From positions 1 through 45,310 of IMG/VR virus record IMGVR_UViG_3300014613_000009: 45,310 nucleotides of DNA. One strand, 5' to 3'. The notes under the pieces are model-generated. The model saw only the letters and a program-made list of their open reading frames with translations, did not search any database and was not told where the DNA came from. Position numbers and translations under genes: made by a program. Within the stretch, counting starts at the first letter, position 1; every line of letters starts with the position of its first letter. The DNA comes from a virus. Lineage: Duplodnaviria; Caudoviricetes. This document shows, in pieces, positions 36,032 through 44,855 of the stretch.

Positions 36032-36129
36032 TTTTTTAGCTATAGAAAAATTAGCCAGCTATTCTTAATCTGCCACAGGGCAGGTTCTCTGAAAAGTTAA
36101 TAGCGGTCGGCAGATTGGAGGTATGATTT

Positions 36130-36312
36130 ATGATTAAGAAAAGCAAAATAGAAATTAAACAAAGAAAAGACGGCTGGTATTTGCACACGATTTCAACAAA
36201 AGGGAATGAATATGGGCAATTTTATTCTAACAACCCTGAAAAATCGAATTATGTGCCAGATGAAATTTATGCTGTTCAACGATTTATTAAGTTTTATAGT
36301 CAATTTGAATAG
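36130..36312 (+). CDS. Early hypothetical protein
   Basis: GGAGGT RBS. Confidence 0.65.
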   Translation: MIKKSKIEIKQRKDGWYLHTISTKGNEYGQFYSNNPEKSNYVPDEIYAVQRFIKFYSQFE

Positions 36313-36374
36313 CTGACCGCTATGCCCTTGCAGGTTATGGCCTGCTCTTGAGTCCGAGTCTCAAGCAAGGGTTT

Positions 36375-36611
36375 ATGAAAACCAAAGAATATAGAGGTAA
36401 TTGCGTTGATAATCCTTTTGGACGGATTGAAACACTTGTAGAAGTGGTCGAAAACGCCATTGAGATTACTAAGCAAACATTTTTTAAGCATTGTTTTATT
36501 CATTTAGATATTGCAAGACAAATGAGGCAGTTCCCAAATAATTATGAATTTTTCAAATATAAAGACATTTATTTTTATATTTGGTCTGCCATAGAGCATT
36601 TTTACTGGTAA
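36375..36611 (+). CDS. Early hypothetical protein
   Basis: Start at MKTKEY with AAGGG RBS; aromatic C-terminus YFYIWSAIEHFY. Confidence 0.65.
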   Translation: MKTKEYRGNCVDNPFGRIETLVEVVENAIEITKQTFFKHCFIHLDIARQMRQFPNNYEFFKYKDIYFYIWSAIEHFYW

Positions 36612-36653
36612 ATTGTATAAACTTTAACGGTTATTTGAGGATGAGGTGAAAAG

Positions 36654-36809
36654 ATGAAAACTGGATTATCAAAAAAGGAAAAGTTACAAATGCGAGAAAA
36701 GTATTGTGTAGCAGTTATTGCTTCGATAGACAGAGAATACTTTCGCAATAGAAAAATCTGGCAAAATAGATTACTAAAATGCCAGCAACAGCTTATTGAA
36801 ATTGCTTAA
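36654..36809 (+). CDS. Early hypothetical protein (51 aa)
   Basis: GAGGTG RBS. Confidence 0.55.
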   Translation: MKTGLSKKEKLQMREKYCVAVIASIDREYFRNRKIWQNRLLKCQQQLIEIA

Positions 36810-36827
36810 TATAGCGCAGCTTTTCTG

Positions 36828-36930
36828 TATGCCCCTGTCCCGGCAAAAGCGGGTGCTGATGCAGTATAAAAGTTGGGCAAATATCAGTTTGATTCTGATA
36901 GCCAAAAGCTGGCAGGACAGGGGCAGCAAC
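36828..36930 (+). repeat. Hairpin element TATGCCCCTGT...ACAGGGGCAGCAA, copy 1
   Basis: The same arms occur at 37626-37661 with a different loop. Confidence 0.7.
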
Positions 36931-36952
36931 TTTAATTCAGGAGGTATAAAAA

Positions 36953-37093
36953 ATGGACGCAGATAAACAGCATTATTATCAGGAACAGGAATTGGAAGAT
37001 TACGTTAGTTATGTTCAAGACAAAATTGATATGGACGAAATGCCTTTTACTTTTAAGGAATGGCAACAAGCAAATGTCGAGTGTGCTTATTAA
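36953..37093 (+). CDS. Early acidic hypothetical protein (46 aa)
   Basis: AGGAGGT RBS. Confidence 0.6.
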   Translation: MDADKQHYYQEQELEDYVSYVQDKIDMDEMPFTFKEWQQANVECAY

Positions 37094-37162
37094 AGATTTT
37101 GCCCGAAAAGTATAATAAGAATCAGATTGTTAAAGTTAAGTTTAATTTAGGAGGTATGAAAA

Positions 37163-37435
37163 ATGAGTAATTATACAAAAGGTAAATGGTTTAATAATGG
37201 CGGTCGAATATATGCTCAGCAAGGTGATGATATTCGGGAAATTTGTGATGTGGGCATAATAAATTCGCAAACGTTGGAAGATACAGCTAATGCCCGACTT
37301 ATAGCCGCCGCTCCAGATTTGTATGAGGCAACCAAAGCAGCCCAGATAATGTTATTGCAAACAAACTGGAATGGTGACGAAAGAATGAATATTATTGGGC
37401 AGGCCATCGCCAAGGCCGAAAAGGAGCAAAAATGA
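37163..37435 (+). CDS. Conserved phage protein of the ANARLIAAAP family
   Basis: YTKGKW...ANARLIAAAPDLYEA. Confidence 0.8.
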   Translation: MSNYTKGKWFNNGGRIYAQQGDDIREICDVGIINSQTLEDTANARLIAAAPDLYEATKAAQIMLLQTNWNGDERMNIIGQAIAKAEKEQK

Positions 37436-37596
37436 CTCATCAGGAATTTTTAGAGCAGCGATACGCAGACCTTGAGCGTTTGCAGCAAATCTACGGCGGC
37501 TTCATAGATACATTATTTGAGCTAATGCTGGGCGGCAAGATAGCCGAAGTTCAGTTGTATCAGATACTAAACCATTTGAAGGAAATTGAAGAATAA
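37432..37596 (+). CDS. Hypothetical protein (54 aa)
   Basis: AAGGAG RBS; ATGA overlap. Confidence 0.6.
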   Translation: MTHQEFLEQRYADLERLQQIYGGFIDTLFELMLGGKIAEVQLYQILNHLKEIEE

Positions 37597-37625
37597 TGCT
37601 TTTCATCACACCCTCCTAATCCGCT

Positions 37626-37667
37626 TATGCCCCTGTGCGGCGAAAAAAACAGGGGCAGCAATTATAA
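37626..37667 (+). repeat. Hairpin element TATGCCCCTGT...ACAGGGGCAGCAA, copy 2
   Basis: See copy 1; ends in GCAATTATAA. Confidence 0.7.
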
Positions 37668-37670
37668 TTT

Positions 37671-37901
37671 ATGAAAACTAAAAAACTGAAATTTAGAGTT
37701 GTAACTGGCCAACAAAATCCAGATATCAATAAGCTGCTGCGTTGCGCCGATTTAGCCAATGCCGCACTTATAGATGACGGCAGCGGATATATTGTTGAAT
37801 TAACCTGCAAGAAATCCGCAAGCGTCAAAAAAATAAAAGATGCCTTACAGAAAGCATTTGAGCAATACGGCTATTGCGTATTAGGAATTAAAAGGCGATA
37901 A
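37671..37901 (+). CDS. Hypothetical protein
   Basis: ORF directly after the hairpin element. Confidence 0.6.
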   Translation: MKTKKLKFRVVTGQQNPDINKLLRCADLANAALIDDGSGYIVELTCKKSASVKKIKDALQKAFEQYGYCVLGIKRR

Positions 37902-37902
37902 A

Positions 37903-38049
37903 ATGGATATAATTAGTTTATGGGTTGGTAGAGTTGTTATAATTTTTTGCTGTTTACTTACGATAGCCGTAGGAATAACAGCGGTATTTTATTGGATTGG
38001 CTACGCTATAGGCAGAGGTATTGCCGAATCCAAAAAAGAAACAGAATAA
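37903..38049 (+). CDS. Small membrane protein (48 aa)
   Basis: Hydrophobic stretch VVIIFCCLLTIAVGITAVFYWIGYAI. Confidence 0.55.
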   Translation: MDIISLWVGRVVIIFCCLLTIAVGITAVFYWIGYAIGRGIAESKKETE

Positions 38050-38075
38050 CCCCTGAAAATTTTTTCAAAAACCTC

Positions 38076-38103
38076 TTGCCTTGCGGCGGGGAGAAGGTAG
38101 AAT
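38076..38103 (+). promoter_or_regulatory. Sigma70-like promoter of the replication operon
   Basis: TTGCCT-16-TAGAAT. Confidence 0.6.
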
Positions 38104-38110
38104 TGAGGGC

Positions 38111-38206
38111 GATGAAGAATATAAGTTATAATTCAACAATATAAAGGCCAGAGGGTCAAACCCTTCAATTTGTATTCTTCATCCCCTTTGGCCTTTCTTT
38201 TTGTTT
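38111..38206 (+). promoter_or_regulatory. Structured leader 2 (A-B-A'-B'), attenuator-like
   Basis: 17-bp GATGAAGAATATAAGTT/AATTTGTATTCTTCATC interleaved with 13-bp AAAGGCCAGAGGG/CCCTTTGGCCTTT plus a U-tract. Confidence 0.7.
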
Positions 38207-38218
38207 ATAAATGCAACT

Positions 38219-38893
38219 ATGACGCAGGGATGGGCTTGCAATTGGCGGCAGATAAAAGACTGGGAATGGTATAAAACGCCTAATATGGCTCATTTATTTC
38301 AACATTTAATAAGAGAAGCCAATCACGAACCCAAAAAATGGCAAGGAATAATGATTGAAAGAGGCCAATTTGTAACAGGCCAATTAGTCTTATCTGCCGA
38401 AACGGGATTGAGCAGACATCAAATACGCACTTGTCTTGCTAATCTTAAATCTACTGGCGAAATCAAGATAAAATCAACCAACAAATATAGCATTGTAACT
38501 ATTTGTAATTACAATACTTATCAAGATAAACCACCAGCAGAGGGCCAGCAAGAGGGCCAGCAGAGGGCCAGCAGAGGGCCAGCAGAGGGCCACAACCAAC
38601 AATTAAACAATGAAAACAATGAGAACAAGTTTAACAAAACTATATATAGGAAAAAACCTACAAAAGAGGAATTTCTCCAGTATATTGAAGAAAATAAACT
38701 TAACATTTGGAGTCCCGAAGGACTCTATGACGGCTATAACGATGGTGGGTGGATTGATACGCGGGGCAAGCCGGTTAAGAACTGGAAACTAAAACTTCGG
38801 ACGTTAAGTAATTTGGCGGATGAAAAAAATGACAATAGAAAAGATAGGTCATTTAGTAAATCAAGTGCTATTGGACGCAGAATTGAAGTGTGA
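38219..38893 (+). CDS. Phage replication initiator (lambda O-like, HTH)
   Basis: W..W.WY...HLF.HL...ANH, RGQFVTG...LS.ETGLS...IRT.L..L; internal iterons; next to a DnaC-like gene. Confidence 0.85.
   Translation: MTQGWACNWRQIKDWEWYKTPNMAHLFQHLIREANHEPKKWQGIMIERGQFVTGQLVLSAETGLSRHQIRTCLANLKSTGEIKIKSTNKYSIVTICNYNTYQDKPPAEGQQEGQQRASRGPAEGHNQQLNNENNENKFNKTIYRKKPTKEEFLQYIEENKLNIWSPEGLYDGYNDGGWIDTRGKPVKNWKLKLRTLSNLADEKNDNRKDRSFSKSSAIGRRIEV
38534..38592 (+). repeat. Iteron array (5 x CCAGCAGAGGG), probable replication origin
   Basis: Five tandem 11/12-mers inside the initiator gene, followed by an A-rich tract. Confidence 0.8.
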
Positions 38894-39524
38894 GCGTTGC
38901 AGGACCCGGCTGGCATATAAGGGCAAAAAATGGTGCAAGCGTTGCCAGCAGTGGTGGTATCGGCGCAATCACAAAGAGGAAACATTGAAAAACCTGCAAA
39001 ATATGCTCGAATTAAGATATTATCAGGCAAAATTGTATCATCTGCACAAAAATATAATCAGGGAATTTCAGCAAATGCCCGATGAGCAGGGAGTTATGCT
39101 CTGGGGGGATATTGGTTGTGGGAAAACTTATGCCATATCCGCCCTTGCCAGACGATTTTATATACAGGGCTGGGATGTTATTTTTATTCGCTGGTATGAA
39201 TTGACCCTGCAAATAAGACAGGCATACAGCAAAAATCAGTCCGAATGGGATATAATTAAGCCGTTTTGCAGGGTGGACAAATTATTTATAGATGATATAG
39301 GCGTAACAGTAAGCAGGGATTCGCAGGAATCTGATTTTAGCGTGCGGACGCTGGACTTAATACTCGATAAGCGTCTTGCGAATTATAAGCCGACTTTTTT
39401 CACGTCTAATCACAATATCGAAGATTTATCAAAAACCTTTGATGAGCGAATTGCCAGCAGAATACAGCAAGATTGCTTAATCCTGCAATTAAAAGGCAAA
39501 GACAAACGTATTCTCGGTGCATAG
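38820..39524 (+). CDS. DnaC/IstB-like helicase loader ATPase
   Basis: Walker A GDIGCGKT, Walker B LFIDDIG, TSN, RIASRI; N-terminal CxxC pairs. Confidence 0.9.
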   Translation: MKKMTIEKIGHLVNQVLLDAELKCERCRTRLAYKGKKWCKRCQQWWYRRNHKEETLKNLQNMLELRYYQAKLYHLHKNIIREFQQMPDEQGVMLWGDIGCGKTYAISALARRFYIQGWDVIFIRWYELTLQIRQAYSKNQSEWDIIKPFCRVDKLFIDDIGVTVSRDSQESDFSVRTLDLILDKRLANYKPTFFTSNHNIEDLSKTFDERIASRIQQDCLILQLKGKDKRILGA

Positions 39525-39570
39525 AGCGATATATGCAAAAGAAAGATAAAGTTTAAGCGAAGGATAACCT

Positions 39571-40897
39571 ATGACCCTGACCGCACAAGAAGCGAAAGAG
39601 ATAGCCAAAGACGGCAGGATTGACGGTCTGGTCAATCAGATTATCGAAGGCAATGCCCTTGATGTTATGGCTGATATGCCGGCGGAGTCGGTGAATTGTA
39701 TGATTACTTCAGTTCCTTATTGGGGCTTACGAAAATATAATTGTCCCGTTCAATGGCCCGATGGCTGGTTTGGTGAGCTTGGCCTTGAGCCGACTATAGA
39801 ATTATACATCGAGCATTTAATGATGGTATTCGACCAAGCAAAAAGAGTCCTGCGAAAAGATGGAATCTGTTTTGTGAATATAGGAGATTCCTATGGCGGA
39901 CATAGAGTCAGTAAACAATGGGCAGAAAATGCTCCGAATAAGAAATTGGCCGATTCTGTTTGGCGAATGGATTGTCGAGATAATCAATATCTTGCAGCAA
40001 GCCAACCAATGCAAAAAGGATTACCTGATAAAGCAATGTGTAACATACCTGAAAAATTTTGTATTGCGATGGAGCAGCACGGTTGGATTAAACGCTGTAA
40101 TATCATCTGGGCGAAGGGATTATCCTTTTGTGATAAATATAGCGGTTCTTGTATGCCGGATTCTGCCAAAGACCGCCCGAACAAAAACAGCTTTGAATGG
40201 GTGTATATGTTCACTAAATCAAAGCATTACTGGTATGAGCAACAATTCGAGGAAGCCGCTTATGATGGACGAAACGATACTACATTAAAACCAACGGATA
40301 TGTATTCTGGCCGAAATTTTACTCCGCAAAAAATGGAACGGGAACCAATGGAGCGTTGGCCGAATGAATTAGGTCGCACAATCCGCAATGTCTGGGCGAT
40401 AAATCCTCAACCGTTTCCTGATGCCCATTTCGCAACTTTCCCTGAGAAGTTGGTTGAGCCGATGATTAAAATGGGCTGCCCTGAATTTGTCTGCAAGAAG
40501 TGTGGTAAGGCAAGAGAAAAGATTTATGATGTAGATTATATCTCTGCTGGCGGTAAAGGTCAGGAAAAATATGGAGATAATACGCCCAATGATGGTAGTA
40601 ATCCGGGCCCACAGGGAATGAAACACGGTAGAGCAAATGCACAAAGAATTGAAATGGGTTATACCGATTGCGGCTGCAACGCAGGATGGAGGTCGGGCGT
40701 TACGCTCGATTGCTTTCGGTGGTTCTGGAACAGTAGGTGTAGTGGCAGCCAGATTAAAACGAGATTATATCCTGATAGAATTGCAGCATAATTATATTAA
40801 AATGGCAGAGGAAAGACTAAAGGCAGTTGAACTTAATATCCCGGTTCAAGAGCAAAGAATCGGGCAGTTAGCGTTATTCGGCGAAAAGGAGAAATGA
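39571..40897 (+). CDS. N6A/N4C DNA methyltransferase (beta class), interrupted by a +1 frameshift near 40714-40719
   Basis: SVPY catalytic motif; HFATFP; motif I is split as LDCF | GGSGTVG across ORFs 39571-40791 and 40637-40897. Confidence 0.85.
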
Positions 40898-41580
40898 TGA
40901 AATCTAATATGTATTCTTTAAGTGTTAAAAGCTGGTCGCCTTTTGTTGGCTGTAATTATGATTGTTCCTATTGCAAAAAATCTTTTAAGGCACAAGCAAA
41001 GAGACAAAAGCATAATTGTAAGTTATGTTTTGAATATATTCCTCATTATCATCCAGAACGTCTTGACCAGCCGTTGCCAAAAACGGGTTATCTGCAATTT
41101 ATATTTTGTTGCCCCTTTGGTGATATTTCATTTTGTTCTACAGAGTATCTCTGGAAAATAATTGCCAGAATCCGTCACGAAAAAGATAAAACTTTTCTCA
41201 TTCAGTCCAAAAATCCGAAAACTTTTGAGCGGGTTAATTGGCCTGATAATGTGATTCTGGGGACAACAATAGAGACAAATCGGGACGTGTTTTATCAACT
41301 TAGTGATATTTCTAAAGCACCAAGACCTGATAGCCGTTGCAATGATTTTGTTAATATAAAACATTCTCGCAAAATGATTACCATAGAACCTGCTATAGAT
41401 TTTGATGTCAAAGAAATGATTTATAGAACAAATGCGTTAAACCCTTGTATAGTCTGGATAGGTTACGACTCAAAGAAAAACAATCTACCAGAACCGCCAC
41501 TCGAAAAAGTTAAAGAGCTATACTGGCAATTAGGCAATTTAGGAATCCCTGTTATTTTGAAGAAAATGCGGGTTTTATAA
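40894..41580 (+). CDS. DUF5131/Gp37Gp68-like radical SAM-fold protein
   Basis: WSPFVGCNYDCSYC; SKNP; WPDNVILGTTIE; ITIEP. Confidence 0.8.
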   Translation: MMKSNMYSLSVKSWSPFVGCNYDCSYCKKSFKAQAKRQKHNCKLCFEYIPHYHPERLDQPLPKTGYLQFIFCCPFGDISFCSTEYLWKIIARIRHEKDKTFLIQSKNPKTFERVNWPDNVILGTTIETNRDVFYQLSDISKAPRPDSRCNDFVNIKHSRKMITIEPAIDFDVKEMIYRTNALNPCIVWIGYDSKKNNLPEPPLEKVKELYWQLGNLGIPVILKKMRVL

Positions 41581-41619
41581 GTATTTATACTGATTTTTAA
41601 TAATCCAAGGATTTTTTTC

Positions 41620-41647
41620 TTGACTTTTGAGAATAATATGGTAAGTT
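41620..41647 (+). promoter_or_regulatory. Sigma70-like promoter
   Basis: TTGACT-16-TAAGTT with an upstream T-tract, as at 35339. Confidence 0.55.
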
Positions 41648-41667
41648 AAGATTACTATGATTAAAGA

Positions 41668-41749
41668 CCGAGAAGCAAATAATGAAATTAAGACCACCCG
41701 TTGCGGCTTCGACTCTATGCTTCTCGGCAACGATAGAGCTGCGACGGGT
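41668..41749 (+). promoter_or_regulatory. Structured leader 3 (A-B-A'-B')
   Basis: CCGAGAAGCA/TGCTTCTCGG interleaved with the 13-bp stem ACCCGTTGCGGCT/AGCTGCGACGGGT. Confidence 0.65.
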
Positions 41750-41887
41750 TTGCACGCTACAGGCGGTGCAGATTTCACCTTACTTATCTCTCCGCCTTTT
41801 AGTCAACGAACAGCCGGAACACCTTCCTCAAATATCTCGCTTTCCGCAATCTCCGGCTGTTCCTCTTTTTGACAGAAAGGATAATTT

Positions 41888-42115
41888 ATGAACATAGAGA
41901 CATTAAATAGTGTTTGTGTAGGAGATATTCCGCAAATAGTAAGGAATCAAATGAAAGATAAAATAGCAAACAAAGACGAATATAGAGACGCTATGAGATT
42001 AAAATTAGCTATCAATGACTTTCTGTGGGCATATTTGCCTATGAAAACCACTTTAAGAAAAGCAGAAATAATTGCTTGCAAGATATTTGGACTAATTCGT
42101 GAAAACTCTGACTAA
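41888..42115 (+). CDS. Hypothetical protein
   Basis: GAAAGGA RBS following a long hairpin (GAACAGCCGGA/TCCGGCTGTTC). Confidence 0.65.
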   Translation: MNIETLNSVCVGDIPQIVRNQMKDKIANKDEYRDAMRLKLAINDFLWAYLPMKTTLRKAEIIACKIFGLIRENSD

Positions 42116-42344
42116 TAACCTTTTCTGTTTTCGCAAGGATGGGCGGCCATCGGGACAAAGGAGTGTCCGTATTCTGTCGGTGGCCGCATTTTAAGGAATA
42201 AATTATGAGCAAAAAAATATATTGGGTGGGATTCAAAAGAAATAAGCCCATTCCGATATTATGGCGGAATAAAAAATTGGCAAAAATTGTTTTTGAAGAT
42301 GTCCGTCCTGTAGAAATTCGGGAAATTAAAAAGAGAAAATCCAA

Positions 42345-42629
42345 ATGCCCAAAAACGAAATAATAGCCACGCCGGTTAAGGTGGATGAAGGTTATGGAAA
42401 AATCATAGACCTTAAAGGGCAAGCAATAGCTCAAATTTTATATGAGGCGGGCAAAATGGATAAGCAGATAAATTGCCTTCGTTACATCGCCCGTTGCATA
42501 AACCAGCACGAAAAACTGATAGTTTTATTGGTTTTTATGCTTGATAAAGCAAGACTTTGTAGTTGCGAATTATGTCCTTTTCATAAAAAGCAGGCCGAGC
42601 AATTACTTGCCGAGGAGAAAAATGCCTAA
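42345..42629 (+). CDS. Hypothetical phage protein
   Basis: Contains YIARCINQHEKL; overlaps the next gene. Confidence 0.65.
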   Translation: MPKNEIIATPVKVDEGYGKIIDLKGQAIAQILYEAGKMDKQINCLRYIARCINQHEKLIVLLVFMLDKARLCSCELCPFHKKQAEQLLAEEKNA

Positions 42630-42984
42630 ATATGGAGTAAAATTTGATTATGATTTAGGGGCAAATCGTGAATCTTCTAAATTAGATAAATGCCTTATAT
42701 GTGATTCCGATTGGCAAGTAAGATGGACTGATTTTCACGGTGAGGCGGTATGTATAACCTGTGGCGCTCCTTATCAGTTGCGACAACCTTCTGGCGGAGA
42801 TTATAAATCTTTTCCCGCATTAAAAATTAAGGAAAACTGGATTCCTATATGTAAAGATTATTGGAACAAAACTCGTAAATTTGTTTTTGGCGGCAAGTCT
42901 TTTTCTGAATTTACAGGATTACAAGAATTTGACGATTGGATAAAGCAAAATCATCCAGAAATGATAGAGAAAAATGCCTCATAA
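42622..42984 (+). CDS. Zinc-binding hypothetical protein
   Basis: GAGGAG RBS before MPKY; CLIC...CITCG. Confidence 0.7.
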   Translation: MPKYGVKFDYDLGANRESSKLDKCLICDSDWQVRWTDFHGEAVCITCGAPYQLRQPSGGDYKSFPALKIKENWIPICKDYWNKTRKFVFGGKSFSEFTGLQEFDDWIKQNHPEMIEKNAS

Positions 42985-43294
42985 AGAAAAAACAACCGAA
43001 TACGATGCCCTGGAAGGCAAAAGCCATCCGGCGGAGGTTGTCGTCCCTGACGCCGATGAGACCAAATGCCCTCTGTGTGATTCGATAGCCAAGACGGATT
43101 CGTTTGAGCGATGCCTTTTGTGTGGGAAAGAGGTTTGTCCTGAATGTCGGACGAAATGGCACAATGAGATTTTTTGTCTCAATCACTCAGACGATTTAGT
43201 TAATGAAGTTATAGACAAAATTAAAGAATTATGCACGGAAATATATTACCTGAAAAACGATGTTGATAATTTGAAAAGGGAATTGAGAAAGTGA
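42974..43294 (+). CDS. Cys-rich zinc-finger protein with coiled-coil tail
   Basis: CPLC, CLLC, CPEC, CLNH. Confidence 0.7.
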   Translation: MPHKEKTTEYDALEGKSHPAEVVVPDADETKCPLCDSIAKTDSFERCLLCGKEVCPECRTKWHNEIFCLNHSDDLVNEVIDKIKELCTEIYYLKNDVDNLKRELRK

Positions 43295-43983
43295 GCAAAA
43301 ACAAGCCCCATATAATTTACCGTCTTGATAATGGCGACCGCGTGCCGGGCGTTACCACAATCGTAGGTGTTCTCGATAAACCCGCACTTTTAGCGTGGGC
43401 AAACAGAATCGGCCTCGAAGGTATCGAAATGCGTAAATTCGTGGACGATAAAGCAGACATAGGAACGCTCGGCCACCAGATGATTGTTGATTATCTTTCG
43501 GGTCTGGCAACCAATACATCAGATTATTCGGAAAATCAGATTAAGCAGGCACGATGGGCTTGCAATAGTTTTTACGCTTGGATGGAGAACCACAAAGTAA
43601 AACTTGTCTGGGCGGAAAAACCACTCGTTAGTGAGATTCATCGTTACGGCGGAACGATGGACATTTACGCTTCGATAGACGGCGTGAATGAATTGGTTGA
43701 CATAAAAACTGGCGGTGCGATTTACGATGAGCATCGCATACAGGTTGCAGGTGGATACTTAACGCTAATGCAGGAAAATAAACTTGATGTCCAAAAGATA
43801 CGGATACTCAATGTGCCGAGGGTGAATAATGAGGTCTGGGGCGAGGTCGTCCTACTGCCCGACCAGTGGAAACTTTATCAGGATATGTTTCTGGCGTGCC
43901 TGAATGTCTATAATCTAAAGAAACAGATGCGTGGCGAGACAATCTATCCGAGCAAGAAAAATGCAAAACGTAACCCTGAATGA
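43291..43983 (+). CDS. PD-(D/E)XK exonuclease (phage recombination nuclease-like)
   Basis: PGVTTIV, GTLGH, E..L.S...YGGTMD, VDIKT, QV..Y. Confidence 0.85.
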   Translation: MSKNKPHIIYRLDNGDRVPGVTTIVGVLDKPALLAWANRIGLEGIEMRKFVDDKADIGTLGHQMIVDYLSGLATNTSDYSENQIKQARWACNSFYAWMENHKVKLVWAEKPLVSEIHRYGGTMDIYASIDGVNELVDIKTGGAIYDEHRIQVAGGYLTLMQENKLDVQKIRILNVPRVNNEVWGEVVLLPDQWKLYQDMFLACLNVYNLKKQMRGETIYPSKKNAKRNPE

Positions 43984-44119
43984 CATACGCAAACTATCGC
44001 CGAAGGAGCAAGTAAAACTTCTTGAATGGGCAAATGACTTGATGTGGAAAAAACATAATTGTCGCAAAATAAAAATTGCCGCCGAAAGGCAGAAAGAAGA
44101 ATTGCAGGCGGATAAATGA
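43961..44119 (+). CDS. Small hypothetical protein
   Basis: MQNVTLNDIRKLSPKEQ...; overlaps both neighbours. Confidence 0.5.
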   Translation: MQNVTLNDIRKLSPKEQVKLLEWANDLMWKKHNCRKIKIAAERQKEELQADK

Positions 44120-44313
44120 CTATAAAAAATTTAACTAACGAAGATGTTTTGAAATACATAAAAGCCCAATATGATATTGCCAATGGTGAATTGGGCGAAG
44201 ACACAATGTTGGCACAAGCATTTTTGGATGATGTTGAAGATATTATTAAAGGCTATGAAACAAGAGAAAGGACAATAAATGCTAATATCGCAGCTAAAAC
44301 AACAGAAACTTGA
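44116..44313 (+). CDS. Hypothetical protein
   Basis: ATGA-coupled ORF. Confidence 0.6.
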   Translation: MTIKNLTNEDVLKYIKAQYDIANGELGEDTMLAQAFLDDVEDIIKGYETRERTINANIAAKTTET

Positions 44314-44845
44314 TACTTGGTATGACATCTCCGGCAATATAACGGAAACAAAAGAATTGAAACAGCGTGGCAGAGATAATCTTCTTATGCACAAACTGAA
44401 AGTCTGTGATGTGGATGGCAACGAAATTACTGTTTGGGCTTATACTATAGATAATCAGCCATTTCGACAAAATACCTTTTTCAATGGCAATGGTATCCTC
44501 AAGCAATATAATAATGTAATATATATGGATTACGTAAAACAGCCACAACAGCGTCAATCCGCTCCGCCACAGCGTCAGGAAGGCCGCCAGCAAGCCCCGT
44601 CGCCGAAAGCCCCTGAAAGGGTGTTGGGGCAGGATATTATAGAAAATCGCCGTTGGGCGTGGATGGGGGCTTGCACGGCATTTTCACATCAGCCGGAGAA
44701 AACCAATCAGGATATTGTAAAGCTGGCTCAAATGGGAGCACATTTCATTAAGACCGGCGAGGAAATGGTTGTCGAGGAAGGATACGAAACGCAGATTGAT
44801 GATTTCACTGAATCGCCGCAGGAGGTTGACTTGGCACCTTTTTAG
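44279..44845 (+). CDS. Single-stranded DNA-binding protein-like (OB-fold)
   Basis: OB-like N-terminal domain, Gln/Pro linker, acidic tail ending DLAPF; near the exonuclease. Confidence 0.6.
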   Translation: MLISQLKQQKLDTWYDISGNITETKELKQRGRDNLLMHKLKVCDVDGNEITVWAYTIDNQPFRQNTFFNGNGILKQYNNVIYMDYVKQPQQRQSAPPQRQEGRQQAPSPKAPERVLGQDIIENRRWAWMGACTAFSHQPEKTNQDIVKLAQMGAHFIKTGEEMVVEEGYETQIDDFTESPQEVDLAPF

Positions 44846-44855
44846 GAACAAGACA

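Noticed and set aside
38534-38592. CRISPR mini-array
   Set aside because: The 11-nt units abut with no spacers and lie in the initiator gene, which fits iterons. No repeat-spacer array was seen elsewhere.
35378-41749. HDV-like/theta ribozymes as the explanation for the A-B-A'-B' leaders
   Set aside because: The P1/P2 topology is similar, but no P3-L3 consensus, P1.1, P4 or J4/2 catalytic segment can be placed.
43291-43983. Cas4 or CRISPR-associated role for the PD-(D/E)XK nuclease
   Set aside because: It lacks the Cas4 Fe-S cysteine cluster and any cas or array context; its position near an SSB-like gene fits recombination.
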